From the human T2T-CHM13v2.0 reference genome, Homo sapiens, in NCBI RefSeq assembly GCF_009914755.1, contig NC_060938.1: a stretch of 64,000 nucleotides of DNA; one strand, given 5' to 3'. Positions within the stretch are counted from its first letter, which is position 1; each line of letters begins with the position of its first letter. The notes beneath the pieces are model-generated. The model ran no database searches. It was not told the origin of the DNA and saw only the letters and a list, made by a program, of their open reading frames with translations. Of the stretch, positions 15,083 to 29,654 are shown piece by piece. Both the position numbers and the translations under genes were made by a program.

Positions 15083-15369
15083 TTCGTCCGGGATCGTCAG
15101 ACCCGCTCCACCCGGAGCCCCGGAGGAAGTGCCCAGGGAGGGCTGGGGGCCCGGAGGAGGCCTTGGGTTCGGAATTAGGCTGGCTGGAGTCCGGGATCCA
15201 CCACATCATACACTCGTGCCTTTGGCAGGTCACTAACCGCCCACCGCCTCAGTTTCCCGGTGGGACGAACTCTCTCTCACAGGTAGTTTAAGAACCAGGC
15301 TTTCTTTGGCATTGTATACCTGCCATGTGCCAGGCTGTGTCGTGCTCTGGGGATTCAGTCTCTGTGCAA

Positions 15370-15590
15370 ACTATGACTCCATACAGATGAAGTCCAAGAA
15401 CAGGCAAAACGCATCACAGGTGATAGAAATTAGGGCACTGTTTGCCTCTGGGGTAGAAGGATGGATTGAAAAGGGGCACGAGGAAACCTTCAGGGGTGGT
15501 GGAAATGTTCCATATCTTTATCTTGGGTGATGGCTATATATATATCAAATGCATCATTAGTGTATTTTCATGTAATTATGCCTCAAGAAA
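15370..15590 (+). mobile_element. Old L1 (L1M-type) 3' UTR fragment
   Basis: TATGACTCCATACAGATGAAGTCCAAGAACAGGCAAAAC...GGAAATGTTCCATATCTTTATCTTGGGTG resembles the L1ME 3' end. Confidence 0.6.
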
Positions 15591-15606
15591 GTACTGCTCC
15601 CATTAA

Positions 15607-15608
<2 letters not shown>

Positions 15609-15645
<37 letters not shown>
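15609..15645. repeat. (AC)18 microsatellite
   Basis: Perfect dinucleotide run. Confidence 0.97.
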
Positions 15646-15649
<4 letters not shown>

Positions 15650-16505
15650 TTCTGTCTTCAAGGAGTTAACAGTCCAGTGAGTAGTGGGTATGAAAGAGAT
15701 GTGTTAATGGCTGCAATTGCAAGACAGAGGCTTTTGTTACTATATTCTCCTCAGGCAGGAGTCCTCAGGCAGGAGGCAGGAGAACCAGTTGTTTGTCCCT
15801 AAGCGTCACTGCCCCTCACTAGCCTTCTCTCCTGGGGCCTTTAATTTTTCTGAGTCCCCATGTGTTATTATTCACATAGAGATAAAAATACCTGCCCACC
15901 TATTCTCAGTGTTGTTGAAGGGATTGAAAGCAGTAATGGGTGTGGAATGCTTAGTAAACTGAAATCCCAGTGCAAATATGAAGTGGGAATGCATCAGAAT
16001 GCCCAGGAAGACGAACCATGACCCGAACAAGATGGGCTGGGCCAGGTCAGATGGCACTGCCATACTGAGAAAAAAGTGGGCTGGCTGCGGCTTCACACAG
16101 CCCGGGAGAGCTCAGAACTCCCCAGGCCCTGCCGGTGCGCTGGTGTTTCTCATAGTATGTGGCCACCTCTCTAGTCACTTCGGCCCTAGGAGCTTCTTGT
16201 TACACCATGATTTTGTCACTACCTCCGCAGCTTCCCACCTCCTGCTTCCGGCTTCCAGAAGGAAGCGCGTGATGGAGGGGAAATGACAGGGCCAGGAGGC
16301 AGCGGTCAGGCTGGGCCGAGTTTCTGACAGAAGCCAACACTTCTGGCCCCACAGTGCTCACGGCCTCCCTGACTCCTCACCACATCACAGCTGAAAAGGC
16401 TCACGTCTTATCTCCCCTCTCAACCTCTGGGGGCTTCTCTGCTTTCAGAAGGAGCCCCTGGAGCCCCTGGCCGAACACATCTGAAAGCACGGAGCCAGAC
16501 CTCTG

Positions 16506-16524
16506 CAGCGCCCTCCAGCGGGCA
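16506..16524 (-). promoter_or_regulatory. CTCF-binding motif, reverse orientation
   Basis: Minus strand reads TGCCCGCTGGAGGGCGCTG. Confidence 0.55.
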
Positions 16525-17516
16525 GGTTCTGCGGGCAGCCATCTCCTCGCAGGCCAGAACACGCCACGTCACTCCAGGACGGTTCGCCACCTTTGAGAAG
16601 AGAGGACTCCAGTGTCTGTTCGCTCTGGAAATGTGGGCATGTTCCCATTCCAAAGGTGATAGGATCTGAGGGGAGGATCCTTCCCATTTTCAAAGCCTTC
16701 CTAAAATCCCACTGATTAGTGGGGAGGAGTGCAAGTCTACCCTTTCCCCGAACCACCCACATGAAATTTAGCAACAACAACAACAAAAAAGGAAAATATT
16801 AGAGGAAGATCATATAAGTGTAAGAAGACAAGGCTGGCAGGACCTAAGAGAGTCTAGGTAGATGAAGGAATATGGTTTACATAATGGGGAGCACCTGGTC
16901 TCCATTTCATGCTTCCAGCCTTGATGGGAGGAAAGTAGGTAAACCTTAAAAGGGACTTCTTTCCAGTGGAGGCTGCAAGATTCTATTTTTACCAACCTCT
17001 AAGGTGTCCACCTTATCCTTGCTGACCCAAGTTATTCCAGTGATTTACCAAGGGAAATGGGTGGAACGACATCCTTATCTGGACTCCTTATTAACAATAT
17101 CCTACATCTGTACAACACCAAAGCAAACATCAACTCTTTTGATCAAAATGATAAACCCCAGTGGTAGACAGAGTATTCTCTCCCCTTTTACAAATCAGAA
17201 GGCACATGGAGCGGCTTGCACAGGATCACGGTGAACTAGGCCCTGATCCCCACCAGACTCGGATCCCAGGCTTTCCACCAAGCTCTGTGGACTCAGAAAT
17301 ACCAAGTGGTTCCAGATTCAGCCATCAGAGGAAGGAGCATGAATTGACTGGCATTCCCAGGCCCCCTAAGACTAAGTGTCTTGTTTCCTGCCTCCGTGGC
17401 CCTTCCCTCTTCCTGACTCTGCCTGCATGGATTTGATCCCCCTTCAGGATGAGATCAGAATGGCAAGGCAGAGCTCTGTACCTTTAGGAGGCACTCCCTC
17501 AATAAATATTTGATGT

Positions 17517-17849
<333 letters not shown>

Positions 17850-19861
17850 TCAAGCATATGCCAATGGGGATAACTAATATCCAGACACACTCCCCATGGC
17901 TGGTCCCTTCGCTGACTCTTTCTTAGCTGTCAGATCTCAGCCTAAAGGTCACCTGGTCAGAGAGGTCCTTCCTAACCACCCTAAGCAGCTCCCTCCCCAG
18001 CCCCATTTACTGTCACATTATATTGTTTACTGTTTCTTTCCTTCACTCCACTCACAACAAAATTATTTCATTTATGTAATAATTTGGCTCTCTTCCCTAA
18101 TGGAATTTAAGGCTCAGAAAGTGAGGCGCCTTGTCCGTTCTGATCATTTCTGTAGCACTTAATTCATGGTAAGCAAAAATTTAAAGGAAGGAGTAATAAC
18201 AGAAAGAATGAGCTCTGCCATCAGATGTCTCTTATTTATACCCTGACACTAGATTGGGGTTAAATGTTGACAATCATTGAAGCTGTTAGACATATGGGAG
18301 CTTGCTGGCCTCTTGACGTGCATGTATACGCAGGCATGAGGGAAAATTTCAATTAAAAGTTAAAAACAAAGTTGTTTATCCCTGGGATTTAACAGGCCTG
18401 AATAGCAGGTCTCAAACGGGGCTCCTAGGGAGGTCTCTCCGCTTCTCCCAGGAAGAGCCAGGCCTGCCATTGGTCACCACAGTGCTTTAGCTGAAAGTCA
18501 GTGAAACGGATGTGCAGCTGAGGGAGAAAAGCAGTATGTCATGGAACCCTCAGAGCTTCTGGTGAGCACTGAAAGGAATGATACATTTGTAGAGCAATTA
18601 CATTCAGATATTTTCACTTAACGTTTTGTTGGGATAACCACAGTATGAAGTATTATTATCCCCATGCTGAGTTTATGACTTATCTCATTCAAAGCGTAAC
18701 CCAAACGCTTTCAGCTAGACAGAAATAAGATTCAAGCCTAACACTTGCTGAGTCTCCATTTCCTCATCAGGAAGATAAGAATGCCACCCACCTCCTTCAT
18801 GCAATGATAGGGAAACGCAAGTAACAGGAGGGCGCTTAACAGTTTGCCAGACATGTGGCCCACGCTCGCTCACTCCTGGACAGGATAGGGCTGTGTCTTA
18901 TCTTTTCTAATGCCATGCACTACCTAGCACAGAGCCTAAGTGTGTAATTATTTGCTAAATTTTAGCGACAAAAGGTCAACAGACAGTAAGTGGCAGAACA
19001 AGTCCTTGAATCAACACTTTCAGATCAAAGTGTTTTCCGCAACACCAGGCTGCCTCTCTGGTGGTTTGAAAATACTTTTTAAAAATCCCATTGACAGAAC
19101 TTGGACCTACCTATAAAATCAATGTAAGCAAATAAAATACTTTGTTTAGTCCTTCTTCATAAGCTTCCTCCCACTTTTTTCCTACTCTCTCCTCTAAGAT
19201 CCTTGTTCTAGAAAGTGTTTTCTCCCACAGGAGAAATCTATTTTTTATATTTGTTAAAAACTTTTAAATTAACCGTAGTTATTAAGTCATTTCACACACA
19301 AACTTTTATTACAGACGCCCAGAGCTGAGCTGCAACCCAACAAGATAGGAGAGCAGCAGAGTCTCCCGCTAAGTTTGCAAACAAGCTCCCTGGCCTCTAT
19401 AACCTCCAACACCAGGGAGCACGCCTCTGTGACCTCCCCAAGTATTTTCTAGCCATCACAACAAAAGTGTTTTGAAGCCCAAGATGAAATGATGTGATCA
19501 CAAGAGGCCGAAGGTATAGGCTGCTAAGAGAAGAAAACAAGAGAGATGGTTTCCATGTGATAGGGGCCAGGAAATGTGTGGGCAGGAGGTGCTCAGGGCT
19601 GGGCTTCCCACCACTGCAAAGAATGGCAGGGAATAGACTTTCCACAGTGTTTGTGGTGAATGGCTTCCGGCCCCATAAAAGAGCACAGAAAATAAAAATA
19701 AACCACCCCATAGAGGTGTTGAGCAAGGGGGAGCAGGAAATGCTAGGGTCTACCTCACTCTCCATGCAGTAGTACTCAAAATCAACTCCTTCAACATACT
19801 TCAGCTGAAAAAACACCTAAGAATCAGAAACGCAATGGGGCTTGGGGGCGTGTCTTTAAGT

Positions 19862-20510
<649 letters not shown>

Positions 20511-20989
20511 GTCCACAGCTAATTCTTCAGTACATGTCAAATTGAGAACCATAAAGCAAATCAACAGAAGCATAAAAACAAGAGTTACCTATAATGAGCC
20601 TTTAACTAAATCTAATCCCAACACTCCAAAAGCAGTCTGTAGGTTTTAGCCCCGAAGCAAATATTGAAAAGACACACCAAAGAAGAATGTTTCCTGTTGA
20701 TGGTAACTGGCTTGGGTAAATCACAACCTCTGAGACAATAGCTGACCTGGTAAATGGGAATTTAATACCTGTCCCATGTATCTCAAGATCATTATGAAAA
20801 ATTAAACAAAACCTATGTATTAAAGACTGCAATTACAATGTCTTCCTTCATAAAATTACTATTATTCCCAGTTTTCAACCCGTGTCTCAAAGTCCAGATG
20901 CTTTTCTTATTCAAAATTCCAATTTCTCTAGACTAAAAATTATCCGGAAGCCTCCTGATAGGGTCTGTGACATCTGTATATAAGTTTTA

Positions 20990-21314
<325 letters not shown>

Positions 21315-21499
21315 TTAAACTGCTCAGTCATAATCTCAATGAACTAGTATCACTTAAGAATGGCAAACCATGACCCACATAGCCACAACCAATTTTTATA
21401 AATAAAGTGATAGTGGAATATAGCCATGCCCATTTGTTTAAGGAAAAGCTTGCGGACTCCTGACTCAGTGTGTTATCAGTTAGGCAGAGAGCTAATAAG

Positions 21500-21900
21500 A
21501 AACATACAGGCCCAAGCTTTTCACCAAGTTCCTAGGTAATCTTGAGACATGCCAAACTTTGAGAACCACTGCTGTAGATGAGAGATTCTCAAATCTTATT
21601 GTGCACATAAATCACCTGAGGACCTTGTTAAAATGAAGATGTTGCTTCTGTAGGTTTGGGGTGAGGCCTGTGCTCCCAGGCGATGCCAATACTGGTAGTC
21701 AATGACTACATTTTGAGTAGCAAGAATCCAGAGCAGTGTTTCTCCAATTTGCTGTGCTCTGGAATCACCTGGGTAGCTTTACAAACTACAGAAGCCACCC
21801 CAAGCGATTTTTACTTAATTGGTGTGGGTTGTGGCCTGGACGTTGGGATTTTCTTTTTACATTACCCAAGTCATGCTAACGTGCAGCCAAGTTGGAGAAG
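21500..21900. mobile_element. MER5-like hAT relics
   Basis: TTTGAGAACCACTG and AATCACCTG(A/G)G motifs repeated. Confidence 0.55.
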
Positions 21901-22627
21901 CTTGAAACTCATCATTCTCGGTAGTTGGCTAAATTTAAGTAGTGGCATTCTCAACATAGCTTCCGCCCCATATATAGCAACCCAACAGCACCCAAGATGA
22001 AAACAGGGCTGCGAACATGACAGACTTCAGCCAGCAGACCTACATTCCACCCAAGCTTTGTCATGAACTCTGATCTTAAGCAAGTCACAAATCTGAGTTT
22101 CAATTTCTTCACCTAACTAATGAGGACAGGAACCCCTAAGATAATTGCAAGAATAAAATGAGAGAATATTTGTGAAGGTGCTTTGGAAAATATTGTATCT
22201 TATAAGTCAACACATACATAACCCCCATTTTTCACTCTGTCTACACTGCCTAAGAGAAATATATTTCACTTTTACCACTAAAACATGTTGAAACAGATGT
22301 AAATGTGGTAGCACATACTTAGTTCAATTTCTAGCAGAGTGCATAATGATGCAGTTCCAGGAATGCACTGTCATAAGAGTGGAAGCACCTGTAACAATCG
22401 AAGGATTAGTAAAGGATTACCTGCTCCAGGAAGAAGACAAAGGACTGCCATTTCCCAGGGTTGTCAGCACTGCCTTTTGCCATTAACTTCAAATATACTT
22501 AATGAAAACAAGGAGGCAGGTTCACAGCTGTAAGTTACCAACTCATAAAGAGTTCAGCACAGAGGACTGAAGAGAAAAAAAGGATTCTGATACCAGCAAA
22601 GAATAAAAACAGAGCCAGAGGCATATG

Positions 22628-22858
22628 GAGGAGTGGCATGGAGTTCTTTAATTTGGAAGGCAAAAGGTTACATTTAATGAAAGGCAGAGGCTGGATTAAT
22701 AAATGTTTGTTAGAAAGTTGTTCTGACACACAGTGAACTCTGGGCTTTTCTCCTGCATAAAAAGCAGAGCTAGCAGTAAGTGCAAATCTGAAGAAAATCC
22801 ATGTGTCCAATAAGCTGCCATCTCCAGAACTCTTATCCAGGAAATTCAAAGAGTGAAC
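22628..22858 (-). other. DAD1: DAD1 exon 3 (non-coding 3' UTR exon)
   Basis: Minus-strand acceptor TTTTTTCTTCTAG ending at 22859; ATTAAA hexamers on - strand at 22673-22678 and 22647-22652; 3' end approximate. Confidence 0.85.
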
Positions 22859-24059
22859 CTAGAAGAAAAAAGCAGCAAGGTTAAATGTCTTATGATACTA
22901 GAGACAGGGCCCCAAATCCTTCCATCTAAATTCTAACCCACAAGACAGTTATGGGGTTCCCACACTCAGGACAATATTTAAACCAGGCGAGAAAAACTAG
23001 AAAGAAGCAAGTATTTTTCAAAGAACATTTTATGGGAGTAGTATCCAGAAAAATTAATGTCAAAACTGAATTTCAAGCACATCAAAGCAAAACGAACTAG
23101 GAACTGTGAGACATGTGTCCTAACTCCAGCTCTACCATTAATTAGCCGCAAGACTTCACATAAGTCACTGACTTCCCTGGCCCACAAATTCTTTGAGGTG
23201 AGAGGGTTGTAGTTTAACCTAAAGAGCTTTCTGGAATCTAAAATGCTTATGAAGCACAGATTTCCATTGGTGGGGAGGCAGGGTAGGGAAGTAAGGATTC
23301 AAGAAAGAAAGAAAAATTCCCAATCTCAGCTATAACAAAGGACCAAAATATAAGAAATAATTTAGTTTTCATTTAAAGATAAGTTTATTTTTGGCAAGAA
23401 AAAGGTGAAGAAAGAGTAACCGCAACAGAAGTGGCCACATTGCTGCTAGAGCCAAATGGAACTGAGATCTGTAACTTGTGAGGTGGAACCCTCACCACAA
23501 GATACAGGCTTCCTTTAGTCCCTCAAAGCACAGCCTCCCACCTACTGGACTCCAGCACAGCTCTGGTTGGAAAGTGACCTCCAGCCTTAGGGGCTCCAAT
23601 GTCTCCAGCTATAAGCAACTGATTTTCCCAGTGTGCCATAAAAATACTGCAATCTCCTACGTGTACCATGACTCAAAAGAGGCTGGGAAATACTACCTTT
23701 CAGAAGAACCGGGCTGCCCCAGGAGGAAAAAGGGCACTACCTTATTTGGTATATTGGGTCAAGTAAGTAACCTGGAGATTCTGGCATCAGAACTTAAAGG
23801 AGAGATTTTGGACTTTCAGCCAGAATGCTTTTATTTCACTAACACTGGTATTTACAGAAATGCTACATAATTGCAGAACATTCCTGAATCAGTGGTATTA
23901 TAAGAAATGTATAAAAGAAAGAGCAATAACAGGAAGCAAAAGGTGTTCACAGTGCCAAACAAAACCAAACAGACCTATTCAAACTCACCTATTCATTCCA
24001 TCAAATTTCTTAAAGCAAACTCTCTGGCAATAGACTATCAGCCAATATAACATTACAGC

Positions 24060-24348
24060 TTTTTTTTTTTTTCAAGACAGAGTTTTGTGCTTGTTGTCCA
24101 GGCTGGAGTGCAATGGCGTGATCTCGGGTCACCGCAACCTCCGCCTCCCGGGTTCAGGCGATTCTCTGCTTCAACCTGCTGAGTAGCTGGGATTACAGGC
24201 GTGTGCCACCACACCCAGCTAATTTTTGCATTTTTAGTAGAGATGGGGTTTCACCATGTTGGTCAGGCTGGTCTCGAACTCCTGACCTCAGGTGATCCAC
24301 CCGCCCCAGCCTCCCAAAGTGCTGGGATCACAGGCCACCATGCCTGGC
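24060..24348 (-). mobile_element. AluS
   Basis: Poly-T plus antisense dimer; ACATTACA at both flanks. Confidence 0.9.
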
Positions 24349-25294
24349 TACATTACATTTCTAATGGCCAAGGTGAGAGAGGACTAGATCATAATGCCAT
24401 TTTCAGTGAACAAAGCCTTGACACTTTTAGAAATATAAAAGAAATCCTAGTTTAGTACAAAATCAAAGTTTAAAGATTTTATTATATTAAAACATTTAAA
24501 TCTAAGATGCTGAGGCCAGTCCACGTGAAAGGCAAAAATTGACTCATGAGAGTAAGTCTCTTTGATAGTGGTTTTCAGAAAATTCTGTTTACAAAGATCT
24601 GCTTCCCCTCTTTTAAAGCAGATCTATTTACCAGACACTATTCTAAAAGCAGAGGTTCTAGGATTCTTTGAAATATTAGCTCACACAATTGACTACTCAA
24701 CAGCTAAGAAGAATGGTTTCAACTATTAACCAGGGCATAAAGGTTTCAGGAAACTGACTAATAAAATCTCCTCCCCTGATATCAAGACATGCAAAATGAA
24801 GACACCTACTGAGAAAAGTTAGCGTGACTTCAGTCTATTTCACCTGGGCAGAAGACAGTGCCATTTAATCAGTTTGTTCTAATCATCTAAAAAGAAAGCA
24901 AGGCATAACACAAAGAACTGTTAAAAATGACGCTGTAGAGATAGAAAAGATAATGCCAGCCAGGGTCATTTCTATTTGGAATCTGTATTCTTCTCCAGCA
25001 ATATCTCTATTCAGACACTAGCACTGGGCAGATATGTTCAAATACTGATTTTCCTTCAAATTCATCTCATCCTGGATTCTAGTCACCCAATTAAAACTGA
25101 AATTAGAAATAATGTGAATCAAAGACCATTCTGCAGAAATTCTAGGTTTACAGCTCAATTTGAATCACCAGTTTTAGAAGGCACAGACTGTGTATTTCTA
25201 AAAAATGAAAGGAGCTTTAGAGATCAGCTTCTTTAATCCTTTCATTACAGAGATGAGAAAACTGTAACCTGATAGTGTTGACAAATCTGTCCAG

Positions 25295-25492
25295 AGCTGT
25301 GCTGTCCAACACCACAGCCACTAGACACAGGTGACTATTTAAACTTAGTCAAAGTTAAATTAAAAATTCAGTTCTTCAGTCTGTTAGCCACATTTCAAAT
25401 GTTCAATAACCACATGTGGCTAGTGGTTACCATAATGGGCGGTGCAGACCCTGAATGTTTCCCCACTGCAAAAAGCTCTGTTGGACAGTGCT
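25295..25492 (-). mobile_element. MER3-like DNA transposon relic
   Basis: GCTGTCCAA...CCACATGTGGCTAGTGG...TTGGACAGTGCTG. Confidence 0.7.
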
Positions 25493-26417
25493 GGTCCAGG
25501 ATCACCCTCCCTAGCCAAAGTCAGGTCTCCTGACCTGCATTCTCCTCCATTTCTCCTGGACCATATTAAGTATGGCCAACTATGCAGAAACATTTGAGAT
25601 AGCCGGCCTTCATCCTTTCCTATCAATCTCTGCCAAATTTTTCCCATTTAAAAAAGAAAAGAATCCAGTCTGATGGCTCTGATGAAAATTTAAAATAAAT
25701 AAAAATTTCTTAAAAAGAAAAGTTTAATATTTTTAATGAAAACCCTCTAACATGACATATATATAAAGCCATCATCTGAGAGTCCTAAACATAACAGGAA
25801 GGAATATAAAGGTTTAGAGTCCAAATGTCTGTTATCCAGTTCCCCCTCAGTCACTTATTAGTTCCAGGGCCTGGATACATCAACTAAAGTTTCACCAAGG
25901 TGTAATTACCTCAAGTGTAAAATAGGAATACTACTATTTGTCTGTCTCCACATCACTGGGTAGGAAGGAAGGATCACATGAGCTGATGTATGTAAAAGTA
26001 TATGTGGAATGTATGTGAATCCTACAAGCCTGTTAACGTGGGAACTAGAAGACATTTTACAAATGTTTACTTTTTGTAAAAGGCTTCATACAAATATGTG
26101 CATCTTGTTATAATCATTTAACTTTCTGCCTCCTATAAATGGATAATGGGAATCTGAAAATATGAATAAAAAGCAACGATTAAGGAGAAAACAGAAAGCA
26201 AAGCCCAAATGAGGATCCACAAAAACAGTACAATCCTCCTCAAACACAAAAGAACCATCAAGAATCATGCTGAGAGGCATTAACAGTGGCAAGAGACTTT
26301 GATGAACATCCAGACCAATCCTCTCACAACACAGACAGAGAAACTGAGGCTCAGAGGTAAGTTTATTTGTCCATTCAACTAGTTAACAGAGCAAAGCCTA
26401 CAATACAAGTCTTCTGA

Positions 26418-26719
26418 TTTTTTTTTTTTTTTTTTGAGACAGGTTCTCACTCTGTCACTCAGGCTGGAGTGCAAGTGGCATGATCACAGTTCACTGCAGC
26501 CGTGACCTCCCACGCTCAAGCAATCCTTCCACCTCAGCCTTCTGAGTAGCTGGGACCACAGGCACACGCCACCACGCCCCTCTAATTCTTTTGATTTTTG
26601 GTAGAGACAAGGTCTTGCTATATCACCCATGCTGGTCTCAAACTCCTGGGCTCAAGCGATCCTCCCACCTTGGCCTCCCCAAGTGCTGGGATTACAGGCC
26701 TAAGCCACCGCACCAGCCC
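26418..26719 (-). mobile_element. AluJ-like
   Basis: Antisense diverged dimer. Confidence 0.88.
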
Positions 26720-26873
26720 CTCCTCTGACTTCTTGTCTCATGCTCTTCCCCACCCCACAGCCTCTCCTATGAATCTTTGCCTTGGCTTTTTTTCTTTCGT
26801 ACCACTTTCCATGTTTTAGCATCCAAGTAACTTAATAACATAACTTTTTCTTGCAGTTAAAAAGTGTTTATTT

Positions 26874-27166
26874 GGCCGGGCACAGTGGCTCATGCCTGTA
26901 ATTCCAGCACTTTGGGAGGCTAAGGTAGGCAGATCACAAAGTCAAAAGATAGAGACCATACTGGCCAACATGGTGAAACCATGTCTCTCCTAAATACAAA
27001 AATTAGCCAGGCGTGGGAGCACACACTTGTAGTCCCAGCTACTCAAGAGGCTGAGGCAGGAGAACTGCTTAAACCCAGGAGGCGGAGGTTATAGTGAGCC
27101 AAGATCATGCCACTGCACTACAGCCTGGACAACAAAGCGAGACTCCGTCTCAAAAAAAAAAAAAAG
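26874..27166 (+). mobile_element. AluSc-like
   Basis: Sense dimer with A-tail. Confidence 0.88.
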
Positions 27167-28760
27167 GTTTATTCATTCATACACTCATTCAACAAACACA
27201 CACTGTTACTGTTCACAATTGAGTCCAGTGGGAGAGAGAAGAAAGTGAATGAATAGTTTCATAACAATGTGATAAGTGCAGCACTGGAGGAATGCAGTAG
27301 ACTAAGGGCTCCTATGCAACCTGAGGGGTGGGAATGACTTGGAATAGGAGTCATCCAAGCTGGGAGGATGGAGAAAATAAGGCAGTAAGTTAGGGCAGCA
27401 ATGAAATTCATAAATATAAATCTATTTCGATATTCTTTTTTCTTTGGTAGCCTTAAATACACCAAATATAAAATAGAGTTCAATAAACAAGTAAAGTCAT
27501 CAATTAGCACTTTTTAGCAAATAAAATAAGTAGATTCAAAGTTTTAAGAATGAAAGGTAAAGAACTAATCTCAGAGCCAGGCACTGTGACACACCTGTAG
27601 GTCCAGCTACACAGAAGCCTCAGGCAGGAGGATCACTTGACCCCAGGGAGTTCCTAGCTTGGGCAACATAGCGAGACCCCAGCACATAAAAAAATATATA
27701 ATTAATCTCACCTTCTAAACAGAGAAAAATGAGTTGAAAAAAGTTATGATGTGACTACCTCAGATTTCCTACAAATGTAGGACAGTTCCCTCTGAGAGAG
27801 CTTATTTGGCGGCAGGACCTAATTCAATATAAGGTGGAAATATCAAAGAGAAAATGAAATAAAAACTAAATGGGCCCCTCCACCAACAAAAAATTAAAGA
27901 TTATTGCGTGGGAGGTCACCATTGAGAATAAAAGACGTAGAACAAACCAAAAAAAGAAGCTCTCAAACTAAGGAGGTGAAAAAAAGAAATCAAACGGGAA
28001 ACCTGCGGGTCTATGTGCACAGTCTTGGTCTTCCCCCACACAACAAAATCTAGGGCCACTTTAGGGTTCTATGCCCTTTTGTTCCTAACTCGACATTGCC
28101 CACTTCTGGCCAGAATGTAAAGCAACCCCCAACCCAGCATCTAAACCCACCTGGACCTCTGCTGCCCCCCAATGACTGGAAAGAAACTAGGTTTTTTAAC
28201 ACAGGTATCAGTAGCTTCTTCCCCCAAACTCAACTCCTCATGTTTTGTAGTAGCCGCTCAACACATGAAACATACCATCCACTAGGTGGCAGCAAAGCCC
28301 ACAGAATAACATCAAGTTCCCCTTCCCGAGGTAATTTTCTAGATTACTATACTTTAACTGAATTCGAAAAGCCAACATAATTTCATGTTTGTAAACAGTG
28401 CTGCCAGTCAGAGTTTAAAATGTTCTGCCCAACCCTGTAGCCCCCTTGTTCCAGCTAGGATCAAACACTGAATTTTTTAAGACTTGTGAGAGAATGGTCT
28501 CCATTATAAAAACAAAACAATGCTAACAAGGCACAGGCATTTGGCAACTATCTCCCTGGGAGCTGAGCACATTTTCAAGCAAGGTTTTGTCCCTTTGGGC
28601 CCAGTTCACCCTTCCTTCTGACCCAGGGCCCAATTCATCAGGAACTTTAATTCTCAAACTGTGATCCAATACAGTTCTGTCCTTCTTTTCCTCATTACCC
28701 TTCAGAACACCTGAGATGGACTGAGATTTTTTTTTTTTTTTTTTAAAAAAGAGTTTCACA

Positions 28761-29049
28761 GGCCAGGTGCAGTGGCTCACGCCTGTAATCCCAGCACTTT
28801 GGGAGGCCAAGGCGAGTGGATCACGAGGACAGGAGTTCAACACCAGCCTAGCCAACAGAGTGAAACCCCATCTCTACTAAAAATACAAAAACTAGCCGGG
28901 CAAGTGCCTGTAGTCCCAGCTACTCGGGGAGGCTGCGGCAGGAGAATTGCTTGAACCCGGGAGGCAGGGTTGCAGTGAGCCAAGACTGCACCACTGCACT
29001 CTAGCCTGGGCAAGACAGTAAGACTCTGTCTCAAAAAAAAAAAAAAAAA
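28761..29049 (+). mobile_element. AluS
   Basis: Dimer with A-tail; TSD AAAAAGA(G/A)TTTCACA. Confidence 0.92.
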
Positions 29050-29288
29050 GAATTTCACAAAGAAACACAGAAGAACAAACATGGAAAAAACTAAAGTATA
29101 TACATTTTTAAATACTGAAATCCACTGAGCTTCTTTCTGTCATGGATTCATTCAAAAATATGCCGCCACCTACACACCAAAAACTGATCATTTCAGGTGT
29201 GCATGGATTTCTGGGGGTCAGAAGCTCACTGGGAGAATTTTTGCTTTTGTATTTTCATTTGTATAGTCTAAAAAATAAAAAATATTGA

Positions 29289-29654
<366 letters not shown>

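Noticed and set aside
19643-19681. CACAGTG with 23-bp spacer (cryptic 23-RSS)
   Set aside because: Nonamer CCATAAAAG matches only 5/9; consistent with chance.
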